The notes: generated from the letters alone by a model not told the origin. DNA of 64,000 nucleotides from an uncultured Chloroflexia bacterium (GCA_963810095.1 CAWEMM010000006.1:1472001-1536000), one strand, 5' to 3'; positions 1 to 12,100 are shown, counted from the first letter of the stretch. Made by a program: numbers and translations.

Positions 1-1279
1 GGTGGCGCGGGTGGCGCGCGAGCTCGGCATCAACGACGACCGCGTTTTTCGTGCCCGCGGGTGCTCCAGCTCGAGATGGGGCCTAACGAAAGCCTGCCGC
101 TGCCTGCCGAGGCCGCGGTGCGTGAAGCCGACGCGATCCTGAGCTGCCTGTCCGACCAGCCAGAACACCTGCACTATCGGATGCGCGTGCTGCACGCCAG
201 CTGGGGCCGGCGGGCGCAGGCTCGGCCCACGCGCCCGGCATGACGCTCGAGATCGCTGCAGCACGCATCGACACCGACTACGCGGCGATCAGCCGAGCAG
301 GCCCAGCTGCTGAGCCTCGCGCTGATCCTGGGCAAGCGGGTCGAGATCGTCACGACGGACAGCCAGCGCCGCGAGCACCGGCTGAACGTGCGGGTCGGCG
401 GCTGGGACTATCCGCCCGGCATCAACGACGGGACGATTCGCGAGGGCGCGTGGAGCAACCTGCCGCCCGGCGAAGTCTACATCGTGCCGCGCGATGGGGA
501 CGGCCAGATCGTCGTCAACGGCTCGATTCCCGGCAAGGTGCTGGGGCCGGCGGAGGAGCTGATCCTGACTTTCCGCGAGGGCCGGTTGGTCGACGTGGAG
601 CCGGAGGATGTGCCCGCCGCGCGTCATCTGCACGAGACGCAGATCGCCTACGCGGAGCGCCGCGGCGACACCAACTGGTCGAACCTGGCCGAGGTCGGCT
701 TCGGGCTGAATCCCGCGGTGCAAGACCTGACCGGCCTGGGCGATCGTGGACGAGAAGAAGGCGCACACGGTTCATGTCGCGGTTGGGCACAGCGCCGGGC
801 TGGGCGGCGACGTAGATTCGGTCATCCACTGCGACATGATCGCCAAGAAGCCGACTGTCTACGTCAACGGCCGGCTCGATCATGAAGCGGGGCGACTGGC
901 GCATCAACGAGGCGGACTGGCGGCTGGATCACCGCACGGTGACGGTGCCGGTCGGCTGGTGGGAAAGCATGGGGCAGATTGGCGCGGAGCGGCGCCGCGC
1001 ACCGAGCGTGAGTCGGGCCGGCTGACATGCGTGTGGAATGCGGGCCGGGGCCGGTGGGACAGCGCGCCGGTTGGCGTGGAGCAGACGGCGCGCCTGGCCG
1101 CTCGCGGTGTACGACCTGCTGCCCGAGAACGGCGTCCCGGTGGGCAAGGCGCGCGTGGTCGCGCTGGCCGAGCAGGCCGGGCATCCCGTGCGAAGCGCTG
1201 CCGCGGCCTGTTCTGGATCATGCTTCAGTTCGACCTGGTCCGGATGTCGCGGCGCGGTGCCGAGCCAATGCCGACGTAG
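1..1279 (+). CDS. M29/aminopeptidase-T (NicX-like) metallopeptidase with C-terminal winged-helix-like extension; 5' truncated, several apparent frameshifts
   Basis: Stitched ORF fragments 61-243, 388-885 and 746-1279 give SNLPPGEVYIVP, DGQIVVNGS, NLAEVGFGLNP, DEKKAHTVHVAVG and HCDMI, which are typical M29-like metal-binding motifs. Confidence 0.7.
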
Positions 1280-1328
1280 ACCGGAGACGTCGAAGAACGA
1301 GGGGTCGTGGATAGCTGGGGAGAGCATC

Positions 1329-2882
1329 ATGACCGCAGTCAAGACCCCGTGGCGTCAATCGATGCCGGATTTCCTCCAGTTTCTGGATGGAACGCTGGGA
1401 CACAAGGTCAAGCTCCACAAGGAAGTGCTCGGCTATGACCTGTATCTCGTCGATCTTTCGGACTGGAAGCTGCGCTTCTCCGACCGCACGCCCTTGATCA
1501 TCGTCAAGGAAGCGCGATCTGGCGTCGATGAGTGCCCGCGAGCTCGCGCAGAGCCTCGCCGAGGTGGTCCGCGGCCAGTCGCTGGCAGAGCGCAACCCCA
1601 TCGTCGTCGTGCAGGGACCCGGCAGAGCGAACTCAAGGAGCAGCTGCACGCCGACGTACCAGCCGCTGCTGGTGCTGGACGAGGCGGACGTGCAGGCCGT
1701 GCGCGAGTCGCGGCGGCCCTCGGGCGAATTGCTCGACCGGCTCGCGCCGCAGCTCGACCTGTCGCTCCTGACGCCCTACGAGACGAGCAAGCCCGTCACC
1801 GGCTCGCGCTTCTTCGGCCGGGAGTTCGAGGTGCGCCGCATCCTGCAGACGCGGCGACAGCAATTTCGCCATTATGGGCATCCGGCGCATCGGCAAGACG
1901 TCGCTGATGCGCGAGATCGAGCGCCAGCTGAAGGAGCAGGCGCAGGAGGCCGAGAGCGAAGAGACGCTGGAGCGCATCATCTTTATGGATTGCAGCGCCA
2001 TCGCGTCGCCCGAACAACTTCATCCAGGAAGTCGTGCGCAAGCTGCGGCCGCAGGAGCTGACGCGGCTGTCGTCCAAGCAGTACCCGATCTTCTTCCCCG
2101 ATTTCCTCGAGCGGATGGCGCAGCGCTACGGCGGCCCGATCATGTTCTTCCTCGACGAGTTCGACAAGGTGCTTACCTGGCACTACGAGGACGACTCGCT
2201 GCTCAACGCGCTGCGGGCGTCGAGCAACCAGGGTCACTCGCGCTATATCGTCGGCGGCTTCCGCGATGTGATGCGTGCGTTCAGCGACCTGGAATCGCCC
2301 CTGTACAACTTCGCGCGGCCCATCCGCCTCAAGGAGTTCAGCCGGGAGCAGGCCGCGGCGATGATTCTCGGCCCGCTGGAGAAGTTGGGCGTGCAGTTCG
2401 AGCGCCGCAACGACGTGGTCAACCGCATCTTCGACGAGACCGCCGGCCAGCCGAACCTGATCCAGTTCTACTGCAGCATCCTGGTCGAGCGGCTGGACCG
2501 CGAGGGCAGCCGGCGCATCGCATCGCTCGCCCGAGAGCCTGTTCGACGTCTACGGCAACGACGATTTCCGCGCGTTCGTGCTCAGCACCTTCATGGATAA
2601 CACGACGCACCTGGAGAAGGCGATCGTGTTTGCGGTGATGGCGGACCTGGGCGCGGAGCATCCATTCGGCGTCCAGCAGATCGACGGCGCGCTCGAACGT
2701 CGCGGGCGTCGAAATCCCGCTGTCCGACCTGGACCTTGCCTGCCGCAACCTGGAGCTTGGCGGGCACCTTCACCTCGCGCGGGCCGATGTTCCGCTTCGC
2801 GACGCCGGTTTTCCCGCGCATGCTGAGCGAGAACTACGACGTAGACTACCTGTTCCGCAAAGTGCTGCAAGAGGGCATCTGA
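1329..2882 (+). CDS. STAND-class P-loop ATPase (AAA_35/ATPase_2-like) with N-terminal domain and C-terminal wHTH; apparent frameshifts
   Basis: Fragments give PY..SKPVTGSRFFGRE, Walker A GIRRIGKTS, Walker B FFLDEFD, SPLYN and TAGQPNLIQ (GxP); stop TGA at 2880-2882. Confidence 0.75.
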
Positions 2883-2884
2883 CA

Positions 2885-5738
2885 ATGAGCGCTAGCATCG
2901 AAGCCTGGCGGATCGTTCCCTACGAAGGAGGCGCATCGCCCGTTCAAGAAGGTGCGGGTGCGCGACGAGGCCGCGGGTGCGCGCGGTCGTGCGGCACCTG
3001 ATGAACGACGAGTGCGTCGCCTTGCTCGGTCCGCCCATGAGCGAGAAGAGCCACCTGCTGCGGGACGTGGCGGAGGCGCTGGAGCAGGGCGGTCGCTTCC
3101 GGCCGCTGCATATCGACTTGTGGCGCACACGATCGAACGATGAGGCCGCCTTCTTCACCAGCCTTGCCGAGTCTGCTGGCCGACGAGCTGCGGGACGCCG
3201 GCGCCGCGAGTCCCGACGAGCCGGCCGAGCACGCGCGGTTCCAGGGTTATCTCGCCGCTTGCGAATGCGAGCGGCCGCAGCCTTGCGCTGCTGATCGATC
3301 ACCTGCAGGCGCTGCCGCACGACCTCGTCCACAGCCTGCTGCGTCGCCCTGCGCGCGGCCTACATGGAGCGCGAGGCCGACGCGCCGCACAGCCTGGTCG
3401 CGGTGGTCACCGGCGGCATCAACCTCGTCGGTCTGTCCGTCCGGCCCGACCTCGCCGTTCAACATCGCCAAACCCGTGGTCGCGACACCGCTGACCCTCG
3501 AACAGAGCCGCGCGCTGGCCGAGGCGACGCTCAAGCGCTGGAGTGCTCGGCATCCGCCAACGGCATGGACCGCTTGCTGAGCCTGGGCGCAGGCGACCGG
3601 TACCTGATTCCGCGGCTCTGCGCCGACAGCTCCGAACTGGTCAGCTTGCACCGCCTGCACCGCGTGACGTCGGCCATTGCGGATCGCGCCGGCGCGGGCG
3701 CTCGTCGCCCGCGGACGCGGCCGCCGCCCGTTCGCGCCGCCATCCGCATGATCGAGGAAGACCCGGACACGGTGCTGGACGTGCTGCACCTGCTCGACCA
3801 CGGCTCGCTGCCGCGCTCACGCTCGCGCCAGATGCCGACGCGCACCGGCACGGACCGGCTGCAGCTCTCGGGCGCGGTGGTCCTGGTCGGATGGGTGCTA
3901 CGGCTTTATGAACGAGGCGTACCGCGAGGCGTTGGCCGCGCACTTCACCACCGACCGGGTCGGGCACATGTTGCGGATTGCCGGGCCGGTGGAGCGAGGC
4001 GATCGCCTATCTCGCGCCGCAGCGGGCGCGCGTCGCGCGTCCGCAGCTGCTCGAAGCCATCGTCCAGATCGATCTATGCGAGCTGACTCGTCCGAACAGG
4101 CGTATCGGGCTGCTGGCCGACGGCCTGCGGCTCGGCTTCGGCCTGTCGGACATCGGCATCTACTGCGGCGCTGCCGGCCGACTGCTCAGCTCGACCGCGT
4201 CTATCCGCCCAAGGACGGCGGCCCGAGGAGCACGTCGACCTGCGCGATCCCGGGTGCGTCGAGGCCCAGACCTTCAACCTGGGCAACTATGCGCTGCGCG
4301 GCACCGCGGATGAGGCGCGCCTGGTCGTCGCGCTGGCATCGGCCAGCCGGCCGCTCGGCGTCGTGACGATCGAACGCTATGTGCAGAACCGCGATCCGCA
4401 CGAGCTGCCCGACGAACTGCCCGACCTGCTGCGTTTCCTGCAGCACGCAGTCCGGGGCGCTGGAAAACGTCATCACTCGGGCTGCCTACCGCGCCATCGG
4501 ACAGGCCGTGCTGGATGCCAAGGCCATGCAGCCGACCGTGGAGCGGGTGCTCGAGACGGTAGCGGAGGCGCTTGGGCTGCGACTACGGCGCCCTGTATCT
4601 GCGGGATGAGACCGCCGCCAGCTGGAGATGGCCGCAGCAGTCGGCAGGGTGGTGACGGAGGAGTGGCAGGCGCAGGCGCGCTTTCCCCTCGACGGCCGAC
4701 ACCCCGCGGTCACCGCGCTGCTGGAGGGGCGGATGTTGACGGCGCGAGGGGGCGAGGACGCAGAGGACCGCGTGCTGCACGACCGTTTCGGCCTGCACCG
4801 CTACCTGCGCGTCTTCCTGCCTCTGCTCGCCGGCGGCGAACAGCTCGGCACGCTCGAACTGGGCTACGCGAGCCGGCCGCATGCGCATGTCGGATGAGCT
4901 ACAAGCGGACGCTGGTCGAGTTCGCCGACCAGGTGGCGATCGCGGTGCATAACATGCTGCTGCTGCGGCGGACGGACGAGGCGCTGGCACGCGCAAGCTG
5001 GCCGAGCTTGTCGGTGGGCCGCGAGATTCAGCTCAGCCTGCTGCCGAAGGTCACGCCGACCGTTCCCGGCTGGCAGTTCGCGGCCATGTACGAGGCCGCC
5101 CGCACCGTCGGCGGCGACTTCTACGACTTCTGCGAATTGCCGGGTCCGCCCGCATCGGCTGGGCGTCGTCATTGCCGATGTGGCGGACAAGGGCGTGCCG
5201 GCCGCGCTGTTCATGGCGGTCAGCCGGACGATCATTCGCAGCGTCGCGCTTCACCGGCCGCGGCCCGGCCGTCTGCCCTGATGCGAGCGAACCAACTGAT
5301 TCTCGCCGACAGCCAGGCCGACCTGTTCCTGAGCGCGATCTACCTGGTGCTCGAGACCGACAACGGGCGCGGATTTCGTTCAGCAACGCGGGGCACAACC
5401 GGCCGCTGCTGGTACCGCGCTGCGGACCGCGCAGCTCACGCGAGCTGACCCAGCGCGGCATCATCCTGGGCGCGTTCGACGAGATCACGCTGCAGGACGA
5501 CACGGCTGGACCTGGCCGCCGGCGACGTGCTGGTGCTGTACACGGACGGCGTCACGGACGCGCTCAACGCGGACGGGCGAGGAGTTCGGCGAGCAGCGCC
5601 TGTTCGACGTGGTGCGGGGCAGCGCCGCACGGCAGCGCGCAGGAGATCCTGTGGGCGATCACGGGCGCGCTGGCGGGCTTCATCGGCGACACGGAGCAGG
5701 CGGACGACGTGACCTGCGTCGTGATCAAGAAGGACTAG
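2885..5738 (+). CDS. Degenerate STAND ATPase-GAF-GAF-PP2C (SpoIIE/RsbU-type) phosphatase fusion; many apparent frameshifts
   Basis: N-terminal [18 protein letters not shown] and SPFNIA; GAF motifs [15 protein letters not shown] and [11 protein letters not shown]; PP2C motifs [29 protein letters not shown] and DDVT. Confidence 0.75.
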
Positions 5739-5749
5739 GCCTTTGTTTG

Positions 5750-5828
5750 TTGGGGCCCGGATGACCCTCAACACCTGGTTGCATGGGCCGCCTTGCTGTT
5801 GGGGGCCGTCGGGCCCCCAACGCCCCCG
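5750..5828. repeat. REP-like palindromic repeat (left part), interrupted by IS481; continues at about 8955-8986
   Basis: TGTTGGGGGCCGTCGGGCCCCCAACGCCCCCG resembles the 24761-25036 repeat unit; the remainder ACGAAGGGCTGCGCCGCTTCGACCCCC lies right of the IS. Confidence 0.6.
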
Positions 5829-5914
5829 TGTATAGACCGGGGACATAGTAGACAGTCGTTCGGAGACATGGTAGACGCTAGAATGGGAATAACTGCCACC
5901 GGAAGGAGGCTGAT

Positions 5915-7057
5915 ATGCCCTGGCGAGAGGCAAATGCCATGTCCTTACGACTTGATTTCGTGACCCGAGCTGGTCACGAAGCTGCTAACGTGCGGGCCCT
6001 GTGCCGCGAGTTCGGTATCAGCCCGAACACTGCGTACAAGTGGCTTGTGCGCTACCAGGCGGCGGGGCCCGCGGGGCTGGCCGATCGCTCACGGCGCCCG
6101 AACGCAGTCCGAGCCGACACGCCGCCCGGCCGCGAACAGTTGGTGCTGGCGACGCGCCAGGCCCACCCGGCCTGGGGCGGCCGCAAGCTCAAGGCCTACC
6201 TGGAGCAGGCCGGCTATGCGGACGTGCCGGCAGCTTCCACCATCACAGCCATTCTGCGCCGGCACGGGGCGCTGGATGACCAGGAGGGCGCTCAGCATCG
6301 CGCCTTTCAGCGTTTCGAACGTGAGGCGCCCAACGAGCTGTGGCAGATGGACTTCAAGGGCCATTTTGCGCTCGGGGATGGTACGCGCTGCGACCCCTTG
6401 ACGGTCCTCGACGACCATGCGCGCTTCCTGTTGGCGCTGGACGCCTGTGCCGACGAGACCCGCCGCACGGTGCAGGCCGCGCTGACCGGCGTCTTCGAGC
6501 GCTACGGCTTGCCCGAGCGCATCCTGTGCGATCATGGGCCACCGTGGGGCGCCCCCAATGCCGGCGACGTGTACACGACGTTGAGTGCGTGGCTCTTGCG
6601 GCTGGGCATCGGGGTCGTGCACGGGCGGCCCAAGCATCCGCAGACGCAAGGCAAGGACGAGCGATTGCATCGCACGTTGCGGGCCGAGTTGCTGCGCCGG
6701 CAGACGTTCGCCGATCTGCCGGCCTGTCAGCCCGCCTTCGATACCTGGCGGCAGATGTATAATGAACAGCGCCCGCATGAGGCGCTAGCCATGCAGGTGC
6801 CGGCGGCCCGCTATCGGCCCAGCCCGCGCCCGTGGCCCGCCCGCCTGCCCGCGATCGAGTATCCGGCCAGCGACCGAGTGCGCCGGGTGCAAGATAAGGG
6901 CCAGATCAAAGTCGGCGGCCACGAGTTTCGCATCGGCAAAGCCTTCATCGGCTACCCGGTGGGCCTCCGGCCCACGAACCAGGACGGCTGCTATGACGTT
7001 TACTTCTGCGCCCAGCGCATTGGCCAAATTCAACTATCCGCCGGGCAACGGATTTAG
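5915..7057 (+). CDS. IS481-family DDE transposase
   Basis: MPW start, HTH (LCREFGISPNTAYKW), PNELWQMDFKG, DDHARF, DHGPPWG and HPQTQGKDERLHRTL integrase core. Confidence 0.95.
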   Translation: MPWREANAMSLRLDFVTRAGHEAANVRALCREFGISPNTAYKWLVRYQAAGPAGLADRSRRPNAVRADTPPGREQLVLATRQAHPAWGGRKLKAYLEQAGYADVPAASTITAILRRHGALDDQEGAQHRAFQRFEREAPNELWQMDFKGHFALGDGTRCDPLTVLDDHARFLLALDACADETRRTVQAALTGVFERYGLPERILCDHGPPWGAPNAGDVYTTLSAWLLRLGIGVVHGRPKHPQTQGKDERLHRTLRAELLRRQTFADLPACQPAFDTWRQMYNEQRPHEALAMQVPAARYRPSPRPWPARLPAIEYPASDRVRRVQDKGQIKVGGHEFRIGKAFIGYPVGLRPTNQDGCYDVYFCAQRIGQIQLSAGQRI

Positions 7058-7073
7058 CTCAGCCTGTGGGTAA

Positions 7074-8858
7074 GGGGCTGTCCGAAAAGTAATCGGGCGG
7101 CCCCTTTTTTGCGTGCTTTTCTCGCGTTCTTTAAGGATTCATGGTTTAATGGGGGCATGAAACGCAAACCTGCTGCCCCCGTCTTCAAGCCCTACACGAT
7201 GGCTCAGCCGCAGTTGCTGCCGCCGAGCCTGGATGAGTTGATCGAGCCGGACCACCTGGTGCGGGTGGTAAATGCGGCGATCGACCAGTTGGATTTGCGG
7301 CCGCTGCTGGCGCAGTACCCCGGCGGCGGGACGTCCAGCTATCATCCGCAGATGCTGCTGAAGGTGTTGGTGTACGCCTATTGCAGCAAGATCTACTCGT
7401 CGCGGCGGATTGCGGCGGCGCTGCGGGAGAACATTCACTTCATGTGGTTGAGTGGCGGGAACCGGCCGGACTTTCGCACGATCAACGACTTTCGCGGGCA
7501 GCGGATGAAGGGCGTGATCGACGCGGTGTTCGCCGAGGTGCTGCAGTACCTGGTCGAGGCGGGGTACGTGCAGTTGGAGCACTACTTCGTCGACGGGACG
7601 AAGATCGCCGCCGATGCGAACCAGCACAAGGTGGTGTGGGCCAAGCGCACGGCGCGTTACCAGCAGCGGGTGCGGGAGCAGATCGCGTGAGTTGCTGCGG
7701 CAGATCGAGCAGGTGAATGCTGACGAGCAGGCCGAGTACGGCGATGCCGATCTGGAAGAGCGGGGCCGGCGGTGGGGGTGGCGAGATCGACTCGGACGCA
7801 ACTCAAGGAGCGCATCGACCAACTCAACCAGCGGCTCCGCGAGCGTCAGCACCCCAAGCCCGAAGCCCAGGCAGCCGAGAAGGCGCTGAAGAAACTGGCG
7901 ACGGATTGTCTGCCGCGGTTGGAGAAGTACGAGCAGCAGACCGCGACGCTGGCGGGGCGGTCGAGCTATGCCCAGACCGACCCGGACGCCACGTGCATGC
8001 GGATGAAGGAAGACCGCGGCGCCGAGCGGCCCTGGCCCAAGCCGGCCTACAACGTGCAGGTGGGCACGGAAGGGCAATTCATCGTCGGGTTCAGCGTGCA
8101 CGACCAGGCGGGCGACACCGGGTGCCTGATCCCGCATCTGGAGCAGGTGCGCCAGAACACCGGCGGCCGCTTACCGCAGAACGTGGTGGCGGATGCGGGG
8201 TACGGCAGCGAAGAGAACTACGCCTATCTGGAACAGCAGCAGGTGGGCAACTACCTCAAGTACAACACCTTCTACCAGGACACGCATCATTACCGCGACC
8301 CGGCCGTGCTGCGGGCGCACCAGTTCCGGGCCGAGAACTTCGCCTACGACGCGGCCACCGACACCTTCGTCTGCCCGGCCGGCCAGCGGCTGCACTTCCA
8401 GTACACCACCCGCTACACCAGCGACAACGGCTACCTGAGCGACCGCCGCATCTACGAATGCTTCGCGTGTGCCGACTGCCCGCTGCGCAGCCAGTGCACC
8501 CGGGCCAAAGGCAACCGCCAGATTCGCATCAGTTTCCGCTTGCTCGCCTACCGCAAGCAAGCCCGCGACAACCTGACCAGCGCCGACAGGTGAGCGCTTA
8601 CGCGCCGCGCGCTCCGTCGAGGTGGAAACCGTCTTCGGGCATATCAAACAGAATATGGGCTTCCGGAGATTTCACTTACGCGGGCGGGCGAAAGTGAAGA
8701 CCGAATGGGGGCTCGTGAGCATCGCTCACAACCTGAAGAAGGTGGCGGCCGCATAGGCCGCTTTTTTTCTCCGCTTTCCGCGAGCTCCAACTCATCTCCC
8801 GCTGACTCCGAATCGGCACAAGAAAGGGGCTGCCTGGATGTTCTTTCCAGACAGCCCC
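7074..8858 (+). mobile_element. IS1182-family insertion sequence nested in IS481
   Basis: Terminal IRs GGGGCTGTCCGAAAAG / CTTTCCAGACAGCCCC; each end also forms its own hairpin; encloses a transposase. Confidence 0.85.
7157..8756 (+). CDS. IS1182-family transposase (apparent frameshifts near 7687, 7770-7800 and 8585)
   Basis: YHPQMLLKVLVYAY, SSRRIA, PDFRTINDFR, VDGTKI, TDPDATCMRMK, KPAYNVQ, ADAGYGSEEN and VETVFGHIKQNMGFRRF. Confidence 0.9.
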
Positions 8859-9114
8859 TTACCCACAGGCCCGACGCGACGACACCATTCTTTAAGGTGT
8901 TCAGGTGTCTACGATGTCCCCGAACACCTGTCTACGATGTATTCGGTCCATACACCCCGACGAAGGGCTGCGCCGCTTCGACCCCCTAATTTGCTCGGGC
9001 AGCACCGCATCCGCCGTCTAACGCGCACGGCTGCCGGCCGGGACGGGGCCGACAGTGGCAGGCTTGCACGAACCGACGCGATGGAAAATGTACGTCAGGC
9101 GGTTTCGCTTTGCA

Positions 9115-12100
9115 TCAAGGGCGGCGGGGGCCCGCGGGACCGGGCCAAAGCGGGAAACCGCCGCCCGTCACAGGCAGGGTGCCGGGCCCACGCAGGACGT
9201 CCGACTTGAAGCGCGGGATGATACGGTAGCCCGCGTCGGGCGTCTTCTCGCCCACGGACTGCCCCAGGACGCCCTGCCGCGGCCCACATCTGCCCGATCT
9301 GCACGTAGGGGCGGCGCCAGGGCAGGCTCTCGGGGAAGTAGATGCGGATCAGCCCGGCCCTGTCTTTCAAGACCAGGCCGCGCGTCTCGTACTTGACCAC
9401 CGCACCCACGACCTGCACGAGCCTCCCCTCGTTCGCTTCTGCCAGGTCCGCCGAGGTGACCGGCTGCGGCGCGACAGCCTTGCCTTCGCCCAGCACTGTT
9501 AAGTAACCGGCATCGGGGACAGATAACTCGGTTTCTCCGTAGAAGTCGCGGGTCCAGCCCGTGACCCGCACCCGGCTGCCCGGCTTCAGCGTGGGATAGT
9601 CGCCTTTGCGCAGGTAGACCTTGATGCCCCCTGTCTCGTCCTGCAAGTAGATCGTCTTCGCAATCAGCCCGGGCGGGAAAGTCACGGTGCCGCTGACGAC
9701 GGCGCGACTGTCTACCTTCGCCGAGCGGGCCGCCGCGACGGTTTGCGGAACCGGCGGGGGCGTGGCTTGGGGCGGAGCAGGCGCCGCGGGCGCAGGAGGC
9801 GGCAGCAGGCGGTTCGGCTGGCCCGGCGTCGCCTCGCAGTCGGACGTCCACCCGCCTACGCCGTCGGTGTTCCGACAGTAACTGCGGTCTGCGCCCGGCC
9901 CATGGTCATAGGCGAAGCGGTCTGCCAACGTCCCGTCGCTCCTGGTGAGGGTCACCGAGTCGCGCCAGTCGCTCAGCGAGAGACGGGTCTGGCCGCGGAA
10001 GAACAGCATGAAGCTGTGGGGCCAGATCACGGCGCCCGCGGGAATGCGGTAGCTCGCGGCCTCATCGCCGATCTGCCAGCCCTCCAGGGGGACGGCGCTG
10101 CCCGTCGGATTATGCAACTCGATCCATTCGTCCGAGAAGTTCGCCGTGCCGTCGCGATCCCAGTCGACCGAGCGCGGGTCAGGGAGGATTTCATTCAGCT
10201 TGACCTTCAGCGCATCGGGCGGGAGCGGGGTGGGGGTCGGCGTCTGCGTGGACGTGGGCGAGGCCGTGACGGTGCCGGTGGGAGTGCGCGTTGGCGTGAC
10301 AGTGCGCGTGGGTGTGGAGGTGCGCGTGGGCGTGACGGTACGCGTGGGTGTGGAGGTGCGGGTGGGCGTCGGCGTGGCGGCGGGATCGCGGGTTGGGGTC
10401 GCGGTCGGCGTTGCGGTGGGCACGAGGGTCGTGCGCTCGCCTGGGTTGGGCGCTTGGCGGGTCCAGTCCGCCGCGCTGTCACTGTCCTGGAGGTTCCAGC
10501 GGCCTAGTGACTCGCCGGCACGCACTTTCTCGCAGGGCGGCTCGTTAATGCTCGTGTCCGAGCCGTAGCTCATGGCGTCGACGACGGTGGCGTCGGGTGC
10601 GAGGAGGCGGACCGCGTCGCCGGTGTTGCTCAGCCCGTTGCCAATGGCGCCCTCGAGGCTGACGAGCAGGCCCGAGAAGCCGGGGAAACTGGCGCGGAAC
10701 GCGGCTTCTTTGGCGGCAACAACGGCATATTCGCCGGGCAGCAGGCTGAACTCGGGCAGCGCGTCCTGGCCCGTGTTGTCGCCGATGCGCCAGCCCGAGA
10801 GCAGGACCGCGTCGCCCGTGGGGTTCACGATCTCGACGAACTCCCAATCGGCATCCGCGCCGTCTTGGATAGGGTCGTACAGCACTTCACTTAGGAGCAG
10901 CTTCGGCCAAGCCGCCGGATACGGGAGAGTTGGCGAAGGCGTCGGCGTGGCTGTGCGGGTGGAGGCGGGCGTGCGCGTGACTGTAGGCGTGCGGGTGACC
11001 GTGGGACTTGGGCCGGCCGTTCGCGTCGCAGCCGGCGTGCGGGTTGCGCTCGCGGTCCGAGTCGGAGTCCGCGTGAGGGTTGCAGTCCGCGTGATTGCGG
11101 TCCGCGTTGGGCTCGCGGTGCGGGTTGGGCTGGGGGTGCGGGTCGGCGTCGGAGTGGGCGTGCTTTCGATCGTCCCGCTCACGCCGGGATTGGGGACCGA
11201 TTGCCCATACCAGTCTTCTGCCGTGCCGGTGTCCATGTCGCTGGGGATACGCGACAAGGACTCGCCGGCCGCTACCCCGGGGCACGCCGGGTCGAACGCC
11301 GTCGTATCTGAGCCATAGCTCATCGCATCTGCCAGCACGCCGTTCGGCGCCACCAGGCTGACGCGGTCGCCCGTGTTGCTCAGGCCGTTGCCGATCGCGT
11401 TCTCCAGCGCCGCGAAGCCGGCCGCATAGGAGGGGAAGTTGGCCAGGAAGCCCTCGTGCGAGGCGGCAACCACCAAGTACCCTCGTGGCCCGACGACGGC
11501 GCCGGGCAGGACGTCTTCGCCGCCGTTGTCCCTCAGCCGCCAGCCCACCAGCGAGATGGGCTCGTCGCTCGCATTGAACAACTCGACGAATTCATACGAG
11601 CTGTCCGTGCCCGCTTGTGGTGGGTCGTAGAATACTTCGGAGATCAGCAGCGCGGCCGGCGGAAGAAGCGCAGTCGGCGTTGGGGTGGACGAAGGCTGCG
11701 GGGTGACGGTGGGGGTGGGCGAAGCGGTGGCACTGGCTGCCGGCGTGGGAGAGGTCGTAGGTGAAGTCTCGGGCGTATCAGTCGCCGTCGGGGTCGGGGC
11801 ACCGGTGGGCGTCGCCGACGGGGTCGGGCTGGGGGTGCGCGTCCATGTGGGCGCAGGCGTGGGGGTCGGCGTCGGGGTCGCGGTCTCCGTCGCCGTGTTG
11901 GTGGGGGTTGGTGCAGATAGCGGCGACCACGGGCCGCCCGGCGATGGGAGGCCCGGTGCGAAGTCAGGGGCCGCGTCGCCGTCGTCGCCCGACGAGGGGC
12001 GCCCCAGCGACTGTCCCTCGGGCACGTCGGGGCAGGGTGGGTTGAACGCGCTGGCGTCCGAGCCGTAGCTCATCGCGTCGACGATCGTCCCGCCGGCATC

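Larger units (their letters stand above)
5829..8954 (+). mobile_element. IS481-family insertion sequence (carrying a nested IS1182)
   Basis: TGT...ACA ends; left TGTATAGACCGGGGACATAGTAGACAG matches reverse complement of right TGTATGGACCGAATACATCGTAGACAG, with internal GTAGAC repeats; CCCCG direct repeat at 5824-5828 and 8955-8959. Confidence 0.9.

Noticed and set aside
10230-11920. Thr-Pro repeats as a DNA repeat element
   Set aside because: Codons vary synonymously; these are ordinary protein linkers
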